Below the pieces are notes generated by a model that saw only the letters and a list, made by a program, of their open reading frames with translations, was not told where the DNA came from and did no database searches. Shown here piece by piece: positions 8,508 to 11,110 of a DNA stretch of 11,110 nt (positions within the stretch are counted from its first letter, which is position 1; the number at the start of each line of letters is the position of its first letter). The translations under genes were made by a program, and so were the position numbers. The stretch spans positions 1 to 11,110 of the forward strand of contig JAWBYA010000017.1 of NCBI GenBank assembly GCA_038867615.1, read 5' to 3'. The DNA comes from Sulfolobales archaeon (GTDB lineage Archaea > Thermoproteota > Thermoprotei_A > Sulfolobales > AG1).

Positions 8508-8645
8508 AAAAACATTCTATAGAAGATCTCAAGCCCAGGGTTTTTGATTTTTGTTTTTGTATATACCTTTCAATTCTATAGCAGATCATTTGTTTTTGTA
8601 TATACAGATATAGCCCAGATTCTTTCAATTCTATAGCAGATCATT
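8508..8645 (-). CRISPR. Mini CRISPR-like array: two identical 24-bp repeats plus one degenerate repeat
   Basis: AATGATCTGCTATAGAATTGAAAG (minus strand) occurs at 8622-8645 and 8567-8590, with a degenerate copy at 8508-8531. Spacers are 31 and 35 bp. The repeat ends in the canonical ATTGAAAG handle and is 20/24 identical to the Sulfolobus islandicus repeat GCTAATCTACTATAGAATTGAAAG as I recall it. Confidence 0.75.
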
Positions 8646-8686
8646 ATTTTCCCTGGGCTCTCATCCACACATATAATATTGCTAAA

Positions 8687-8699
8687 GGGGTATATATAT
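8687..8699 (-). promoter_or_regulatory. TATA-like element upstream of the mini-array (possible leader promoter)
   Basis: ATATATATACCCC on the minus strand, about 40 bp before the first repeat. The same 13-mer occurs at 7536-7548. Confidence 0.35.
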
Positions 8700-8711
8700 T
8701 TGAGTAATAGA

Positions 8712-9545
8712 TCATATATATATGAGCCACCTATCGGGCTCCCTCAGCATTTTATCTCCAGTCTCTTCAAGTGCTTTAACAGCATGCCCTGTGATGAGTT
8801 CTAGAAAATCTCTAGCCTCCCTCTCATCGCTAAAGTGAGGAACTAACACGGCTACGCTGGGCAGTAGAAATGTGCGCTTAACACCATATGTGCGCTCTAA
8901 AATGCTTCTTATAATATCTACTCCACCTGTATCTATATGTCTAGCCGATTCAAACCACCTAGGCACGTTCTCCAGCAAGATAGCTCCAGAGATGACCATG
9001 AATACAAGGTCTATCCTCTTGGCACCAGTAGCATTTATAACCCTTCTGCCATTCTCTCCAGCTCTCTCAATCAGGATACTCTTAGCACTTAGATCTGGGA
9101 GGGGGAATCTAAGATCTTCGGGCATGGACTCGACATTGCTCTTCAAAACCCCATAGTCATGCCCGATAACCAGGAAAGGCAGGTCTCCCAGCAGGGCATC
9201 GAATCTCTTTCTGCTACCCAGTATCTTTTCTATCTCATCGAGGTTGAAGCCAAGCTTAGCAAGATAAACAGTATATGCCGATGCACTTGAATTAACAAAC
9301 AACCTTGATAACTCTCTAGGCTTCTCGATGAACTGCGTGGCTGGGTAGAGAGTGAGGTTGATGATTGGAGGTCTAAAGATCTTTGAGAAGCTGTAGAAGC
9401 TGTTGATCGCTTCACCAAGTCTCCAAGCATCAATGGGTTCGATCCTCGGCTTGTAGATCTTGCTGAGCTCATCCTCATCCCAGCTAAACACAGTTATGGG
9501 TATCACAGCACCTCCAACATGGACATTATCACCCATATAACCCAC
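8712..9545 (-). CDS. Hypothetical protein (277 aa) ending in HbYX-like LIYI
   Basis: Long ORF. The start may be the ATG at 9536, which follows a GGGTG RBS. The C-terminal ~65 aa are paralogous to the adjacent 70-aa ORF. Confidence 0.85.
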   Translation of the reverse strand: MGYMGDNVHVGGAVIPITVFSWDEDELSKIYKPRIEPIDAWRLGEAINSFYSFSKIFRPPIINLTLYPATQFIEKPRELSRLFVNSSASAYTVYLAKLGFNLDEIEKILGSRKRFDALLGDLPFLVIGHDYGVLKSNVESMPEDLRFPLPDLSAKSILIERAGENGRRVINATGAKRIDLVFMVISGAILLENVPRWFESARHIDTGGVDIIRSILERTYGVKRTFLLPSVAVLVPHFSDEREARDFLELITGHAVKALEETGDKMLREPDRWLIYI

Positions 9546-9559
9546 CCTAGGCGCACATA

Positions 9560-9772
9560 CTAGATATACATGAGATGGTTATCCCTGCCCATCCTCTTCT
9601 GGTTATCGTATGCGATCTCAATGTTCTCTATAACTTTCTTCATAATATCCTCCAAGAATTTCTTAGCCTCCTTCTCATCACGATATGGGGGGACTGGCTC
9701 TAAGAGTCTAGTTATCACATCTGAGACTAGGAGACCGTACCTTGCCCTTAGCAAGCCCTGCTCCATAATCAC
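9560..9772 (-). CDS. Small hypothetical protein (68-70 aa) ending in HbYX-like LMYI
   Basis: Overlaps the stop codon of the upstream gene. GGAGG RBS precedes the ATG at 9766. Clear homology to the C-terminus of the 277-aa protein supports coding status. Confidence 0.8.
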   Translation of the reverse strand: MIMEQGLLRARYGLLVSDVITRLLEPVPPYRDEKEAKKFLEDIMKKVIENIEIAYDNQKRMGRDNHLMYI

Positions 9773-10428
9773 GCCTCCAGGGCTATCTCTCTCTCAACCC
9801 TCTTCTCATCCTCATCAGGTTCATTGCGTCTAAACAGCCTGTGGGGCGGTATATACCTTATAGGATCTATATACTGCTCCCTAGCCACGCTCCTCACAAT
9901 CTCTGGGTCTATGTTGAGGGGCTTCGGCTCAATTACCATGGTTTCGACCTCATAGCCATCGCTAGCCTCTCTAAGCCCTACAAGTGTTATGGGATGCTGA
10001 AGCACCCACGCAAAGATCTCCGCCTGCTTCTTGGCATACTCATCTATCGGGTATGTCTTAAACTCAAAGTATTTGTCGAGATAAGGGCTATAGAGATCTG
10101 GCTGCGCAGCAATGTATATCCCGTTCTCATATCTCCTAAACGTGGGTGGAATACCGACCCCTACTACCTTTGCTTCGTGGAGTGCGATGTACATTTTAAT
10201 GCCTTTCCTGAGCAGATCTTCGCTGTATATTTTGTGGAGCTCAAGCAGAGATTTCAGATCATATGTGAATATCCTCAATATGAATGGGTCGAGATCTCTG
10301 GGTGTTACGTGGTTCTTGGATACGTAGAGCTGCTCGAATATCTTCCCAAATATCATCCCCACAAGTGTTCCCTGAGGGGGAGAGGCTATCCTCTTAGCGA
10401 TATCCGATGCCTTCGCAACTAGAACCAT
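9769..10428 (-). CDS. PD-(D/E)XK superfamily nuclease, RecB/Cas4-like, without Fe-S cysteines
   Basis: Motifs appear in the expected order: GKIFE, IAAQPD, YFEFKT, QAEIF (QxxxY-like). GGTGG RBS upstream. The protein has no cysteine. Confidence 0.75.
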   Translation of the reverse strand: MVLVAKASDIAKRIASPPQGTLVGMIFGKIFEQLYVSKNHVTPRDLDPFILRIFTYDLKSLLELHKIYSEDLLRKGIKMYIALHEAKVVGVGIPPTFRRYENGIYIAAQPDLYSPYLDKYFEFKTYPIDEYAKKQAEIFAWVLQHPITLVGLREASDGYEVETMVIEPKPLNIDPEIVRSVAREQYIDPIRYIPPHRLFRRNEPDEDEKRVEREIALEA

Positions 10429-10470
10429 GCCCCCACCAACTATATCCCCGAAAAAGGGGCTTCCAGCGGG

Positions 10471-11110
10471 CTATGCTGTTATAGCCCTTGATGTTTTCTC
10501 TATCTGCTTTTCAAGTTTTTCCCTGTGGTACCTATATAGGTTGAGTATTTCTGATGCGTAGTTCCTTAGCTTCTCTATGTATTCAGCTATTATCTCTGCC
10601 TTTCTCGCTATATTCTTCATAGTTGCAATGCCTTTCTCAAGATCTTTTTCTGTGATGTTTGCCAGGATATTTAGCATATCTTCGACCGTTATCTCCCTAT
10701 GCCAAATAACAACTGGGTTTTTTAAGATGTCTTTATAGGTTAGGTAGTTGTCTCCATAGACTAGTTCGATTCCTTGGTAACTGAGCACTATTCGGTCGAA
10801 TACACGTTTCCTCTGATCTTCTGTCTCTTCTTTTTTGCCCATCCTATATGGTTTATACCTCCTCTCCTCTGTGTTTATTGCGATTGGTATTCCAAAATTA
10901 AACCCCTGCATCTTATTCCTGAGTATATATTCTGGGTCTTTGCCCCGTCTAAGGTCTCTCAATGCTCTCCTCAGGGTTCTTGATCTATCGCTCGGTATCC
11001 ATGCCAAGGGGGTGTTTTGTTCCCTAAGCAGCTCTTCTAGTTCTTTCTCTCTCTTCATCTCTATCTCCGCCCTTTTCTTCATAGATTCTTCGATGAGGCT
11101 TGGGTTGCTG
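10471..11110 (-). CDS. Hypothetical protein, probably 5'-partial, with helical/coiled-coil segments
   Basis: 203 aa from the ATG at 11082, but the frame stays open to the window edge (SNPSLIEESM...), so the true start may lie outside the window. Confidence 0.75.
   Translation of the reverse strand, partial: SNPSLIEESMKKRAEIEMKREKELEELLREQNTPLAWIPSDRSRTLRRALRDLRRGKDPEYILRNKMQGFNFGIPIAINTEERRYKPYRMGKKEETEDQRKRVFDRIVLSYQGIELVYGDNYLTYKDILKNPVVIWHREITVEDMLNILANITEKDLEKGIATMKNIARKAEIIAEYIEKLRNYASEILNLYRYHREKLEKQIEKTSRAITA

Noticed and set aside
7290-8581. Other short ORFs in the intergenic region (7290-7478, 8005-8187, 8135-8383, 8360-8581)
   Set aside because: They overlap repeats and hairpins, have atypical composition and show no motifs.
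8712-9545. PAC2/PbaA proteasome chaperone assignment
   Set aside because: Only the C-terminus is reminiscent; the N-terminal GxPGxGxVG motif is absent.
9841-10422. 193-aa plus-strand ORF
   Set aside because: Fully antisense to the nuclease gene, which has clear catalytic motifs and an RBS.
9769-10428. Calling the nuclease cas4
   Set aside because: It has none of the four Fe-S cysteines and there is no cas1/cas2 in the window.
10446-10458. Small hairpin CCCC-GAAAAA-GGGG between two genes as a terminator or IS relic
   Set aside because: A 4-bp stem is too weak to support a call.

Overview
Archaeal accessory region, probably from a Thermoproteota (Sulfolobales/Desulfurococcales-like) genome or one of its integrated elements. 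This is inferred from the CRISPR-repeat type, the IS ends, GGTG/GGAGG ribosome-binding sites and AGG/ATA-rich codons. Nearly all genes are on the minus strand, in two blocks. The right block holds a 5'-partial hypothetical, a PD-(D/E)XK RecB/Cas4-like nuclease and two paralogous proteins ending in an HbYX-like motif. The left block holds a 1171-aa R/K/E-rich orphan, a 451-aa orphan, a DUF411 metal-binding protein and a putative metallohydrolase. Between them is a ~1.5-kb non-coding region with a two-and-a-half-repeat mini-CRISPR (Sulfolobus-type repeat, odd self-similar spacers), a ~300-400-nt nested quasi-palindrome and a polarised field of about 37 GATC sites. IS200/IS605 right-end remnants lie at 33-91 and 1639-1678, and the first abuts a decayed DUF488 gene. 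The best candidate for a new system is mini-CRISPR + structured RNA + large orphan protein (+ nuclease). The repeats and hairpins are directly visible; any functional link between them is inference.
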